A DNA stretch of 64,000 bases, taken from the NCBI RefSeq assembly GCF_009914755.1, contig NC_060929.1; one strand, 5' to 3'. Both the position numbers and the translations under genes were made by a program. Positions 1 through 16,409 of the stretch are shown one piece after another; positions within the stretch are counted from its first letter, which is position 1, and each line of letters starts with the position of its first letter. A model generated the notes under the pieces. That model did no database searches and was not told the origin of the DNA. It saw nothing but the letters and a program-made list of their open reading frames with translations. The DNA comes from the human T2T-CHM13v2.0 reference genome, Homo sapiens.

Positions 1-745
1 GTGGACTCAGGGGGCACACGACCTAGTGAGACACCAGCCTGGGCAGCCAAGGGAGTGCTTGCACCACCCCTCCCCCAACCTCAGGCAGTGCAGCTTGCGG
101 CAACAAAAGTGACTTCTTCCTTTTGCTTGAGGAGAGGAGGGGGAAGAGTAAAGAGGACTTTGTCTTACATCTCGGATACCAGCTCAGCCACAGTAGGATA
201 GAGCACCAGTCAGAGTCGAGAGGCCCATATTCCAGGACCTAGCTCCTGAATTACATTTCTAGATACACCCTGGGCCAGAAGGGAATCTGCTGCCTTAAAG
301 GAAAGAACCCAGTCCTGGCAGGATTCATCACCTTACTGACTCAAGAGCCCTTGGGCCCTGAATAGCCAACAGTGATACCCAGGTAGTATGCTATGGGCCT
401 GGAGTAAGACTCTGAGACATGCTGGTGTCAGATGACACCCAGCACATTCCAGCTATGGTGGCTGTGGTGAGAGACTTCTTCTGCTTGAGAAAAGCAGAGG
501 GAAAGGTAAAAGGGACTTTGTCTTGCAGCTTAGGTACCTCTTGGCCACAATGGGGTACAGCACCAAATGGGCTCTTGTGGTCACTGATTCTAGGCCTTGG
601 CTCTTAGACAGCATTGCTGGACCTGCCCTGGGCCAGAGGGGAGCCAAGTGCCCTGAAGTTGAGTCCCAGGCCTGGAAGCTTTCACCACAAGTGACTTAAG
701 AGCCCTTGGGCCCTAAGTGAACATTGACAGTAGCCTGACAGTACT
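1..745 (+). mobile_element. Old L1 (L1M/L1PB-type) 5' UTR fragment with ~360-bp imperfect tandem monomers
   Basis: GACTTCTTC...GGACTTTGTCTT recurs at 111 and 473; AAGAGCCCTTGGGCCCT recurs at ~342 and ~697; resembles L1M 5'-end consensus from memory. Confidence 0.6.
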
Positions 746-1840
746 AGTGTGTGAAGTATGTGACTCAAGGCGGGGTCCCTACCCCCGCTAAAACACTACC
801 GCCAGCCAGCAGGCTCATGCACCTTGGCCTGTTGCTCCTAGGGGTCGCCTATGCTATTCAGCCAAGGGGACCACAGTGCCTGCTGGCCCAGCTGAGCTCC
901 GCCTAGCCAGCCTGCCTGCCTCCTCTGCCATGGACTCTCCCTCTTCTGCTTTTCCCAGCAGGAAGGGCCCGGCCTGCCCTGTGCAACCTGCAGCCCCCCA
1001 ACCAGCTGAGGCTCCCCTCTTAGACTTATAAGTCTATGGCCAGTGGCATCTGGCTGCCTGCCCTCTCTGCCTCCCCCAGGATCCCTTCAGAGGGTCCTGG
1101 GCTTTCAGAGCCCCCCGAGGGGCCTCTGGCGCTCATTCCAGCCATCTATCCCTTTTGGCTTCACCATCCTGATTCAAGCAGTGTTCCTTCTCTATCAGGC
1201 CTGGTGGCTGTTGCTTGGGGCTCCCCAAGGTGAGAGGTGGCCCTGGGCCAGTGGGTTGGAAGACAGGGTGACCAGAGAAGAGGGAAGCCCGAGGGGGCTG
1301 AGCATTGGTCTGAACTATGGGTGCACTGCCTGGGTGCCGTGGGAGACGCCAGGGTGTGTGGGGTGGGGAGGGCGGCCACAGCCCCCAAACACTACCTGTG
1401 AGGCTCCGGTTCCTCCCTCCACCTTCCTCCCCTTTCCCTTCCAGCCCCTCTTTTCCAGGAACCTTGCCACACCCGCACCTGCACCCTGTCCCCGCTGGCC
1501 CTCCCACAGCTGCTGCAGCAGGCACAGCACGCCCTTGCTCTGCGCTTGCCTCACCAGCTCTCTGCTTGCTTTTCTCACTCGTGTTTTCTCTCTGCTTTCT
1601 CTCCAACTGCCAGCCGATCGGGTCAGGCAAGTCCATCCTGTCCTGAGAGCCCCAGGCACCCCTTGACCTCTAAACAGATCCCTCCTCCCTTTCCAAGCCT
1701 GCCTGGGCAGGTGTCCTGTGACTTGACAGTGGCTCCCCCAGTCCCAAAGCCAGCCCCCTTCATCTGTGACTTAGTCTGTTGTAGTGGTAAGCTGACACAT
1801 CCAGGGGTGACCGTTGCTGAAAACTTGTGCCCCTTCTGTG
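746..1840 (+). pseudogene. DNM1P: Dynamin-1 unprocessed pseudogene fragment (last introns, two alternative terminal exons, partial 3' UTR); DNM1P family
   Basis: After ...TTTTCCCAG, 959-1031 encodes RKGPACPVQPAAPQPAEAPLLDL* (DNM1 tail RKGPASPTRPAAPRPTEAPLLDL). After ...AACTGCCAG, 1614-1673 encodes RSGQASPSCPESPRHP then a 1-nt deletion (DNM1 tail RSGQASPSRPESPRPPFDL*). Confidence 0.9.
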
Positions 1841-1984
1841 TGTATTGCTTGTTACCTGAATTCCAAAGTAGCCTGGGATCAAGGGTTGAATCGTTCATGA
1901 TTTGCTCCATAACCTGTGTGCTTCTTATCCCAGACCAAACTAAGCTTTTTTCTAGAGTTCTACAATTTACAGTTAGTAGACAAG

Positions 1985-2140
1985 AGTGGTACTCAAAGAT
2001 GTAGTCTCTGGACTAGCAGCATCAGCAGTACCTGAGAATTTTTTATAAGTGCAAATTCTCAGGCCCCACCCTGGACCTCATGAATCAGAAATTCCGGGGT
2101 AGGGCTTAGCAATCTGTACTGCAGTAATCCTTCCAGGTGT
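1985..2140. mobile_element. MER5A (hAT-Charlie)
   Basis: AGCAGCATCAGCA...GCAAATTCTCAGGCCCCACCC...TGAATCAGAAA motifs. Confidence 0.75.
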
Positions 2141-2869
2141 CCAAGGACCTCTGGCATACAGCAGATAGCAAAATGTGTTTCCTTCTGTTGGTCCTAAGCC
2201 AGGGATACTGTATGTTCTGTCTTGATATGAAACAATGACATGCAATTGAAAGACATAAGTCTCCTTCCTACTCCCACCCTCAACCCAATGTGTTTTATTT
2301 TTATGAGTTAAATAAGAAAACAAGTGACAATCAGAGATTTAGTCTAAAAAGTGTATTTACAAGTATCAGTTCTCATCCAGCCTGATCTCATACAATACCA
2401 TTTACATCCTCTTACACTTAAAGTTGTAGAAAATGATCTTCAGGCACACTAGGAGTTCTATAATAAAACACCAGGTATATCAGAATGTCCAGACTTACTG
2501 GAGAATAAAAGTGGAATCAATGGCTATATTTTCAAATTGCATTCAACAGGAAATTTAAGTTTTTAATTTTTTTCACCTTCATACTTCCAAGTTAATACAA
2601 TTAAATCAGAATAGTCCATTCTTTCAAAGCCTCTAGCCAGGCAAAGTTTTACTGTATTACTTCTTGCTTTCAATGGATATAAAGCAGAGTCCTGGTAGGC
2701 ACATTTTGTATATTTGCAAAGATGCAGAACTAAACAATTCCATCTGTTCCATAGTAAAACAAAAGTCCTGTAAACCTTGGATGGTGAGTACAATACTTCA
2801 GCACTACCACCAAAACCTCAAATATGAAAAGATACTAAGAACACCACTAGCAAACAAAAGTGAGCTCTC

Positions 2870-3141
2870 AGCTGGGAGCAGTAGTTCACGCCTATAATCC
2901 CAGCACTTTGGCAAGCGAAGGTGGGAGGATTACTTGAAGTCAGGAGTTCAAGACCAGCCTAGGCAGCATAGCGAATTCACATCTCTACAAAAAAATTTAA
3001 AAATTAGTTGGGATGGTGGCACACACTGTAGTCCTAGCTACTTGGGAGGCTGAGGTAGGAAAATCGCTTGAGCTCAGGAGTTCCAGGCAGTGGTAGCTAT
3101 GATCATGCCACTGCACTCCAGCCTGGGTGACAGAGCAAGAT
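2870..3141 (+). mobile_element. Alu (J-like)
   Basis: Dimeric Alu, diverged. Confidence 0.9.
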
Positions 3142-3269
3142 CTAGATAATTACAGTCTGCCCTGCTCCAGTTTACATTAAAATCACTAAGTTAAAATGCT
3201 TTCAATCAGCAGGATAAAAATTAAGTGAAATGTAACTTTAGAGCTTGGTCAGAAAATAGGCAATAGAGA

Positions 3270-3830
3270 AACAGGCACTTCCCACAAGAAGAAAAATGGC
3301 CAATAAGCATATTAAAAAGGTTCAAAAGTACTAAAACCAAAGAAATGTAATGAAAACAGTGAGATTTTCTGCTTAAAGACCAGCAAGGAGGACAAATGGA
3401 AGGGGGAAACTGGAGCTCTGTCCTTGTTGGTGGGAGTATAAACTGAACCAATTTTCCTGCAGGATAATTTGAAAATGTCTATTAAAAACCCTAAAATTGT
3501 TTTATGTTATTTTCCTCCAGAAATTCTACTTCTATGAATTCAGTCCAAAAATGCTTGCTTGAGTGAATTAAAATGTACATATAAGAAAATTTACCTCTGG
3601 GGTGGCAATGATTAACTTAATATACATCCAGCTATTATCATGATGATGCCAAGGATATATTTACCACCATAGAAATATGCCCAAAACATCATAAGTGACA
3701 AAAGACTATGAATTGTGATTCTACTTTTAAAAATGTTTATATGCATAAAAAAGTATAAAAAACAACAAACCAGAATGTTTTGAGTGTCAAAGATTTTTCT
3801 GTATATTTTATCTTCCAAATTATTATAAAA
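3270..3830 (+). mobile_element. Old L1ME-like 3' fragment
   Basis: GGCACTTCCCACAAGAAGAAAAATGGCCAATAAGCAT; TGTTGGTGGGAGTATAAACTG. Confidence 0.55.
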
Positions 3831-5434
3831 AGAATGTGATTTTCTTTATAATCTGGGAGCAGTATTATTTTCATTTATTTATATTTAAATTTCTTTTCTT
3901 TTCCTTTTTTTTTTTTCTCATGTATATATCACATGTAGTCTAGAGAGCTTGAATCCCTGCCTCTTGAGGTAAATCAGCCCATTTCTGTCTCTATAAATTT
4001 GCCTTTCTTGGACATTTGAAATCAATGGAATTATACAATATGCGGTCTCGTGTCTGGCTTTTTTACTTAGCTAATGTTTTTGAGGTTGGTCCATGATATA
4101 TAAAATGTTTTGGTAGTTTGCTCCTTTCATTACTGAGTAGAAGCCCATTGATGTATATACCACATTTTATCAGCAGAGTCTTTTAAACCTGGATTCCAAC
4201 TTCCTGTGGCCTAAATGAAACCCTCTGAACACAGGACTTATAGCGGAAGCTGCTGTGCTTGTCAAAATAACTACTTATCAGAACCAGCTTTGTCATCAGG
4301 AGCCTGAAATGCTGCAGAAATTTTTTTATCATTTTGCAACTTCTTTTTTACAAGCAACTTTTGTACAACTACACGTCTGGACTTTTGAAGCATCTGATAC
4401 ATCATTTAATAAGTATGAGCATGTGTCTGAGTGGACAAGAAAGTGAAACCATCCATGCTACATTGCATATTTTTTCCTCCCCCAGGCTGGACCAGGGAAC
4501 CTCTCAACTTTCTGGAGTATCCTGTCTCCATTGACAAAGCTGAACAGTATTAAAGATCCTGCTGCCTTTGTTAGGCAGATTTGGAGGGGAGGCCCAATAG
4601 CAAGGGTAGAGAGGAAAAAGAGAGCGGAGCTTGTGGAACAGGAAGCCTCCCGGGGTCCGCGCAGGGCTCCCAGCTGTTGAGGATGTTGTGGATGGGGAAG
4701 TGCTGATCGTGTCCCGAGGCAGCCCAGCACCTCCATTGGGCCCAGAAGGTCTTGACTTTGGACCCTTACCCCTATTTCACAAGTGTTTAAAAGCTGTTTT
4801 TGCTTTTGTTATTTTCCTAAATAATCATTACCTGGTAGTTAGCAATTAATCTTTCTTTGGAAGAGGACAGGGCTTTAAAACTGAAGAACATAATTCTCAT
4901 TAAAATATCAAAAATGGAAAAAAGTTACTTTGTAAACAATTTTCTATACAAACCAAATGGCAGCGGCTGAGAATCTCAATAAAATGTTAAATACATTTGC
5001 TGCTTTTAGAGAAATAAAGGAAAACAAATTAGAAGAAATAAAGAAAAAAATGCGTTTGCTAGCAGTGGTACCCTTTTGCTTAAGGTTGGGTCACTGTGCC
5101 ATCATACTGTGGTGGGGGTATGTGTGGTGTATATGTGTGAAACTTTTCATCTCAGGATGGATCATAATCTTAGTTGCAGTTTTCCTTCCCAATAGGGTTA
5201 CAATGTAGTAAAACGTGGGCTTGGAAGTGACAGGCCTGAGTGAATCAGCACAGCTTAAAAAAATCCAATAAAACTAACTTTTAATAATCCTGAGGTTAGT
5301 TTTTGAAATAATGGATACAATTACTTACTCTGAGCATCTGGTTATGATTTTGAATCAATAATACATACTGTCTCCCCTCTTTTTTTTTTTTTAATGGAAA
5401 CAGAGGTTTCATCCAGAAAACCCCAAAACAGTGA

Positions 5435-5718
5435 TTTTTTTTTTCTTTCTTTCTTTTTAAAGACAAAGTCTCACTCTGTCGCCTAGGCTGGAGTGGAGTG
5501 GTGGATCTCAGCTCACTGCAGCCTCGACCTCCCACCTCAGCCTCCCGAGTAACTGGGACCACAGGTGCCATTGTGCCCGGCTAATTCATCGTATCTTTTG
5601 TACAAATGGGGTTTTGCCATGTTGCCCAGGCTGGTCTCAAACTTCTAGGCTCAAGAGGTTCACCCACTTCGGCCTCCCAAAGTGCTGTGACTACAGGCAT
5701 GAGCCACTGTGCCCAGCC
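5435..5718 (-). mobile_element. Alu (J-like)
   Basis: Reverse Alu with poly(T) at left. Confidence 0.9.
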
Positions 5719-5746
5719 TGCAGTGACTTTTTAAAACACAAGTTGA

Positions 5747-6045
<299 letters not shown>

Positions 6046-6163
6046 AGTTCAAGCATCTCTTCTTAACTCCTTTAATTGGAGGTAGCTCTTCTCTCTTTCT
6101 CCTCATCTTTGGTGTTCCCCAGAGTTTACTGCTGACTGGATGTACAACATATTTCAAAGTCAA

Positions 6164-7419
<1,256 letters not shown>

Positions 7420-7909
7420 TTAACCTATCCTAGGCTGGCTTGAGAGGGATTTGTATTAAGAATACAATAGGCAATCTCACAGACATCTAAGTACAGAACT
7501 CAAAATATGACCACAGCATGGGAGGACTGGGCTGGGAGGTTATTTTTCTCTCCTGTGTGCCTTCACTCTGGACTTCTGCTCCATACTTGTGCTTTGCTCT
7601 GCAGGTGGTCCAGGCTTCTCCAGCCTCTGAGGCTTTGGCTTGCCCTGGCAGTACCCCTGGTCCCAGTGTTACTGGATCTTTCCATACGTATGATCCTCTG
7701 CAAAAAATCTATCGAACACTCTGTATCATTTCCAGTTAGCAGGATAGAGAATCTGATCTGCCTAGCAGTGGGGGTGGGAGTTCCCTAGTTGTCCCTCGAT
7801 TTATAGTACTGCCCTTTCCAAAGACTTGAGGAGGGGCCGGATATCCAAAAAGAGAGTGTGGGTGGAGAATCAGTAATACAGTCTACTTCAACAAGAAAGT
7901 ATAAAGTAG

Positions 7910-8312
<403 letters not shown>

Positions 8313-9272
8313 TTATCAAGTAGTCATAAGCATTATTTTAATGGTTGTATCAGAATCCATTATCTGGACTCATTGTCACTTATCCATCTGCAGTTGCTGG
8401 AGATACTGCCCTTTCTGCCACACTCAGTCACCCTTCTGACCTTGCTCTGTGTCCAGTTATCTACTAATACACATACTGGTCATTTAGGACTTGAAGTTAA
8501 GAATAAATAGTTATCATAGTACCTAACGTGTCAAAAAGAATGTAGCTTCCTAAAAATAGAATGGCTTGGTGGTTATGACAATTTTAAAGTAAAATGGACA
8601 AATTGTTATTTAAATTAACGTTTTGCTTTCTTCTTGTATCTATTTTTCACTTCTCTGTCATTTTCATGCATAAAGTTTCATTTGGAAGGAGTTTTATTTC
8701 AAAATAGAAATAGACATGAGAATGGGAACTCTGAAAGGTTCAACTTTCTAGTCATTAGTTTCCTAAAACTGTCACAAAAGCTACTTATAGTCAGTCAGTC
8801 ATGATTGGCCTGTATTGAAAGTGCGTTAACATTATGTACAACTTAAGCACTATACTTTCTATCAGATACGGAAAAATAGGTAGTGTGTTTGGAAAAGTAT
8901 TGGGCTAGGAGTCAGGAGCTTGACTGTTAGTCCCAACCCTGCTTCTTCAGCTGAGCACCCCTAGGCAATAATTCAGCAGCTATTTAAGTACCTAATGAGT
9001 TTCAGGCTTTGTAGTTGGGCTGGGAATATAGACAATCATGCATTCATGATTCTCCAAGCTCCCTTCCTCACCCCAGCTCACAGTGAGCTCTCTTATGCAT
9101 TGTGTAAATTTGTCTTCTAACAGGCCCCAACTCTCTCCCCAACCTGCTTCCCAGGGCAGTTGTGAGGATCAAAAGAGAGAGAATATGTGTGAAAGCAAAT
9201 TGTAAATGATTTTAAAATGCAATAAAAATATTATTTAAAGATCCTTAGAATTTTAAATAAACGGTACATTAA

Positions 9273-9578
<306 letters not shown>

Positions 9579-9802
9579 TTGTAAGCTGTACAATGGACCA
9601 CTGATATGGTTGAAAATCTTGGCTTGATTATTCTCCAAGACAATGATACCGTGGTTTGTGTGATTAATTTTCTAAAATTGCCAGCCAAAAAAAACCAAAA
9701 CCTTTTTTGAGTTGAATGACTGGATCAGTCAAAGGAAAGTTGACCGTATAATGGAGAAATGTTTTCTGTGTTCACTAACAGCGTGCCTTTGTTTGATTCC
9801 AG

Positions 9803-9976
9803 CTGCAGCATATCATGAGTGATGAGATCTGTGTGCAGGTGACTGTCCTTTACGTGGCAGAAAATAATAATGGGGCCACCGGAGGCCAGCCAAACACATA
9901 GAACTCAAGTAGCCTCCTGGAGTCAACGTGTCAGCAGAAAGCCGAGCAGCTGATGTCAGATGAGAAATGCTTTAAG
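9803..9976 (+). pseudogene. SIN3A: Isolated duplicated SIN3A exon (unprocessed fragment)
   Basis: Flanked by TTGATTCCAG and GTGAGA. The 174 bp read [57 protein letters not shown] versus SIN3[59 protein letters not shown]; TAG at 9899-9901. Confidence 0.9.
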
Positions 9977-10336
9977 GTGAGAGTTGCTCATGTAGTCAAA
10001 GACCTTGCTGGTGACAATGTCAGTAGTTAGGATTCTCTGAACCAGAAGTTAAAGCCAGGGTACTTTGACCCCGTGATTCTACTCCTGGAACTTTTTAGAG
10101 TTCCTAATGAGTTCCCCAGAAAAATACAAAGTGGAAGTAACTATTTTCCTGAACAATCTACTTTGTTTCTTCCTTGCCTTAAAACAAACAAAAAAACTAG
10201 TGATATATGATTTTTACAATTTTCTATTCTTCTTTTTCTCTGAACATTTTTCATAGTACGCTTTGTAAATATTATTGTTAGAAAAATGTTGGTACATGAA
10301 ATCCATGGTCATGGTCATTATAGAAAAGAAAACGTA

Positions 10337-10637
10337 GGCCTGGCACACATGGCTCACACTTGTAATCCCAGCACTCTGGGAGGCCGAGGTGGGTGGATCG
10401 CTTGAGACCAGCTTGGGCAACATGGCAAAACCCCATCTCTACAAAAAATACAAGAATACAAAAATTAGCCAGGCCTGGTGGCATGCACCTGTAGTCCCAG
10501 CTACTCAGGAGAACGAGGTAGAAGGATCGCTTGAGTCTGGGAGGTCGAGGCTGCGGTGAGCCCTGATCGTATCACTGCACCCCAGCCTGGGTGACAGAGC
10601 AAGACTCTCTTCCAAAAAAATAAAAAGGAAAAAAAAA
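10337..10637 (+). mobile_element. Alu (J-like)
   Basis: Dimeric Alu. Confidence 0.9.
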
Positions 10638-10762
10638 TGCAGATAACCAGAAAAAGTCATCTTAGAATTCTTTCCTGAAATTATAATTGATGACATTTCT
10701 AAACTTCTCTCTGCTTGAGTATATATTTTGAAAGACTTTATACTGGACAAAATGGTCTTTAA

Positions 10763-11065
<303 letters not shown>

Positions 11066-11339
11066 TGAAATGGTCTTTAAAGTATTTTTGCTCAATTAGC
11101 AACACTTCTGGATCTTTAATGTCTTTTGTATCGGTATTTGATAGTCACTTTATAGAGAATTAATGTCTGTATTGTTGGACATTTAGGTTGCTTCCAATTT
11201 TTCACCATTATAATGGATAATTATAAAAGCAAGTAGTTGGAAACAACCTAGACGTCCAACCCACTACGGGGATTGGTTAATGACATCCTGTTATGAATAC
11301 TGGAGACATATTTTACAGTTCTTAAAAATAAATCACAGA

Positions 11340-11639
<300 letters not shown>

Positions 11640-12175
11640 TCATAAATTGTGAAAATACAGGGTCTGCCCCCCTCCAAATCTATTTTGGAAATAACTGTAT
11701 TTGTGTGTATATATTATGTTATTGTCAGGTTGTAAGCTTTGCTAGCAGAGAGGAATTTTTAAAGCTTTAAAAGCACACTGAGTTAGATCTAGCTTCTGGC
11801 TCTGTGTGTTTATTGACTAGTAGTGTGCCTTGAGAAATCAGAACTCTCTGAATTTCGGTTTTCTCTCTGTATAGAATGAACAAGGTTGAAATAAAAAATT
11901 CTCAAGTTTCCTTCCAGGCTCTGATCTCCTCCATGTGATTCTGAAAGTTACCTTGTCTGCAGGAAGCCCTTAGCGTAAGGGCACTGAGAATCTCAGGGTT
12001 CTGAAAGGGGAGATCTATGTGCCATCACCATTGATAGTTGTTTTGTGCAAAACATGGTTTGCTTGCCTCTATTGGTGTGTTGCTTTTAAATATGAATATT
12101 TTTAATCCCACAAATAATATTAGCAGAACTCAGAATTTCAAGAACTTCATATAAATTCGTGGCATTTATAATAAC

Positions 12176-12462
12176 TTTTTGTTTTGTTTTTGAGACAGGG
12201 TCTCACTGTGTCACCCAGGCTGGAGTGCATGGTTCACTGCAGCCTCCACCTCCCAGGCTGAAGCAATCCTCCCCCTTCAGCCTTCCGAGTAGCTGGGACC
12301 ACAGGTGTGACCCACTACACCTGGCTAATTTTTGTATTTTTAGTAGAGATGGGGTAGCCATGTTGCCCTAGGCTGGTCTCAAACTCCTGGACTGAAGTGA
12401 TCCACCTGTCTTAGCCTCCCCAAAGTGCTGGGATTTCAGTCATGAGCCATCACACCTGGTCC
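12176..12462 (-). mobile_element. Alu (J-like)
   Basis: Reverse Alu. Confidence 0.88.
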
Positions 12463-12530
12463 AACACTTCTTAATATCTTTTTTGTGTGTGTGCCTTATT
12501 CTAAGGCATATTTATATTTCTCGTGTAGTC

Positions 12531-12825
12531 TTTCTTTTTTTTTTTTTTTTTTTGAAACAGTCTCACTCTGTCACCCAGGCTGGAATGCAATGGTGCGATC
12601 TAGGGTCACTGCAACTTCTGCCTCCTGGGTTCATGCAGTTCTCCTGCCTCAGCCTCCTGAGTTACAGGCACGCACCACCACGCCCAGCTAATTTTCTGTA
12701 TTTTTAGTAGAGACGGGGTTTCATCATGTTGCCCAGGCTGGTCTCGAACTTCTGAGCTCAGGCAACCCACCTGGCTCGGCCCCCCAAAGTGCTAGGATTA
12801 CAGGCGTGAGCCACGACGCCCAGCC
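12531..12825 (-). mobile_element. AluS-like
   Basis: Reverse Alu with poly(T). Confidence 0.9.
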
Positions 12826-12937
12826 ATTTGTTTAGTCTTTATTGCAGAATCAATGCAATCATTGGTTTTTGTCGTGTTTGATATTTTCTATTTAACTTTG
12901 GTATGAAAAGTTTTCTTTGTTGACCTTTTTAGTTTCA

Positions 12938-13228
12938 TTTTTTTGATACGCAGTTTCACTCTTGTCACCCAGGCTGGAGTGAGCTGGTGAGATCTCATCT
13001 CACCCTAACCTCTGCGTCCCAGGTTCAAGCAATTCTCCTGCCTCAGCCTCCCAGGTAGCTGGAATTACAGGTGTGCACAACCACGCCCAGCTAATTTTTG
13101 TATTTTTTTAGTAGAGACGGGGTTTCACCATGTTTGCCAGGCTGCTCTCGAACTCCTGACCTCAGCTGATCCAACCGCCTCGGCTCCCAAAAGTGCTGGA
13201 ATTACAGGTGTGAGCCACCATGCCCAGC
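12938..13228 (-). mobile_element. AluS-like
   Basis: Reverse Alu. Confidence 0.88.
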
Positions 13229-13301
13229 ACACCCCCCTCTTGTTTTTAAACACTGTTAACTTGCTTGCATCTTTGTATTGCGTCCTAGAAGTGGGATTTT
13301 C

Positions 13302-13624
13302 TTTCTTTCCTTTCTTTCTTTCCTTTCTTTCTTTCTCTTTCTTTTCTTCCTTTCTTTCTTTTCTTTCTTCCTTCCTTCCTTCCTTCCTTTCTTTCTTCCT
13401 TCCTTCCTTTCTTTCCTCCTTTCCTTGTTTCCTTCCTTCTTTTTTTTGATGGAGTCTCGCTCTGTCGCCCAGGCTGGAGTGCACTGCAAGCTCCACCTCC
13501 CGGGTTCATGCCATTCTCCTGCCTCAGCCTCCCGAGTAGCTGGGACTACAGGCACCCACCACCATGCCCGGCTAATTTTTTGTATTTTTGGTAGAGACAG
13601 GGTTTCACCGTGTTAACCAGGATG
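13302..13624 (-). mobile_element. 5'-truncated AluY whose tail became a (CTTT/CCTT)n microsatellite
   Basis: 16-bp TSD TAGAAGTGGGATTTTC at 13286 and 13625; pyrimidine tract ~13297-13447. Confidence 0.9.
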
Positions 13625-13774
13625 TAGAAGTGGGATTTTCAGTGGACAGAGCACTGACATTTTGTGGTTCTGGCTACAAGTGCCATATTTCTTTCTGACA
13701 AACAAAATATTTGTTTTGTAAAACATTCTAACTCGCATTGATTATTATTTTAGCAAATTCTAGAAGTTTGAAAC

Positions 13775-14845
<1,071 letters not shown>

Positions 14846-15129
14846 AAAATAGATAAATGTGTCAGAATAATTGGTATCAATTGTTTAATTATAAGTGGCA
14901 TTTTGTTATAAGTCAAGCATTAGTAGAATTGGTTTTGTTGATTAGATCTCCTTTGAGTAAAATGATTAAAAACAACATTTTTTTAAGCCTGAAAATCTGA
15001 GGATTGATTTTGGGCTGCGATAACACCCCAATCCATTGCCCCACAATGACCTTCTAGAGCTTTTCATCTGGTCCCTTTGACATCTAATTGTAAATTTCCA
15101 TCCTGAGATGAGGTTGAAATTAAAGCACC

Positions 15130-15262
15130 CATATCACTCATATATATGTAATATATATATTATATACACACATATTATATGCATACATTATACATATAGT
15201 ATATTACATATATACTATGTATAATACATGCATATTATATGTTTTATATATATATATATAAA
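15130..15262. repeat. Degenerate (TA)n-rich low-complexity tract
   Basis: Visible TATA/TACA repeats. Confidence 0.8.
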
Positions 15263-15729
15263 TAAAAATTTTGTGAAGAATGCTTGATGTAATTATGTTA
15301 TCTAGTTGTTCTCCACTACACTTTTGGGGGACTGTCCTTGGGTAGTGTGGTAGATGTTATTTACTCAGAAATAAAGAATTCCATGGTCATATTTGGAAGG
15401 GTTATTCATCAGGGTTCTTTGGTTTACAAATGGCTGAATCCAGCTCAAAATGCCTTAAGCTTAGAGGTTTATGTAACTACAAGACCCAGGGGTCCCTCTG
15501 GAGCAGCCCAATTCAGAGGCACAAACCAGGTCATCCAAACTTAGCCCTAGTCATTTTTGTGGTTCTGTTTTCTTTATTACTTTCTTCAAATACTGTGTTC
15601 TTTCATGACCCCCTACCCTCTGCCTAGATTCACCTTCCCTTCCTGACTGGCAAATTCCTACTTACCCTTTAAAGCCCAGGTCAAATACTACCACTACTGC
15701 ATATATTTTTCTGACTGACTGTCAGCCCC

Positions 15730-16286
<557 letters not shown>

Positions 16287-16409
16287 TAGGCTCCATGCAA
16301 AAATAATTGCTCTTTTGACAGTATCCCTAAAGCCATTTGTTCATACTCTAGACAACACTAATTGAGTTATATTACAGGCTTTCATTCGTTTGTTTTGTCT
16401 TCTAATCAC

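Noticed and set aside
1021-1036. 16-bp palindrome TAGACTTATAAGTCTA
   Set aside because: Short, overlaps the DNM1 exon stop codon; probably inherited or chance
1043-1666. 207-aa ORF and overlapping ORFs
   Set aside because: GC-rich DNM1 intron/UTR-derived sequence; ORFs open in many frames on both strands, with no recognisable domain beyond the short DNM1 exon
13125-13616. K/E/R-rich and F/S/L-rich ORFs
   Set aside because: Translations of a microsatellite plus Alu
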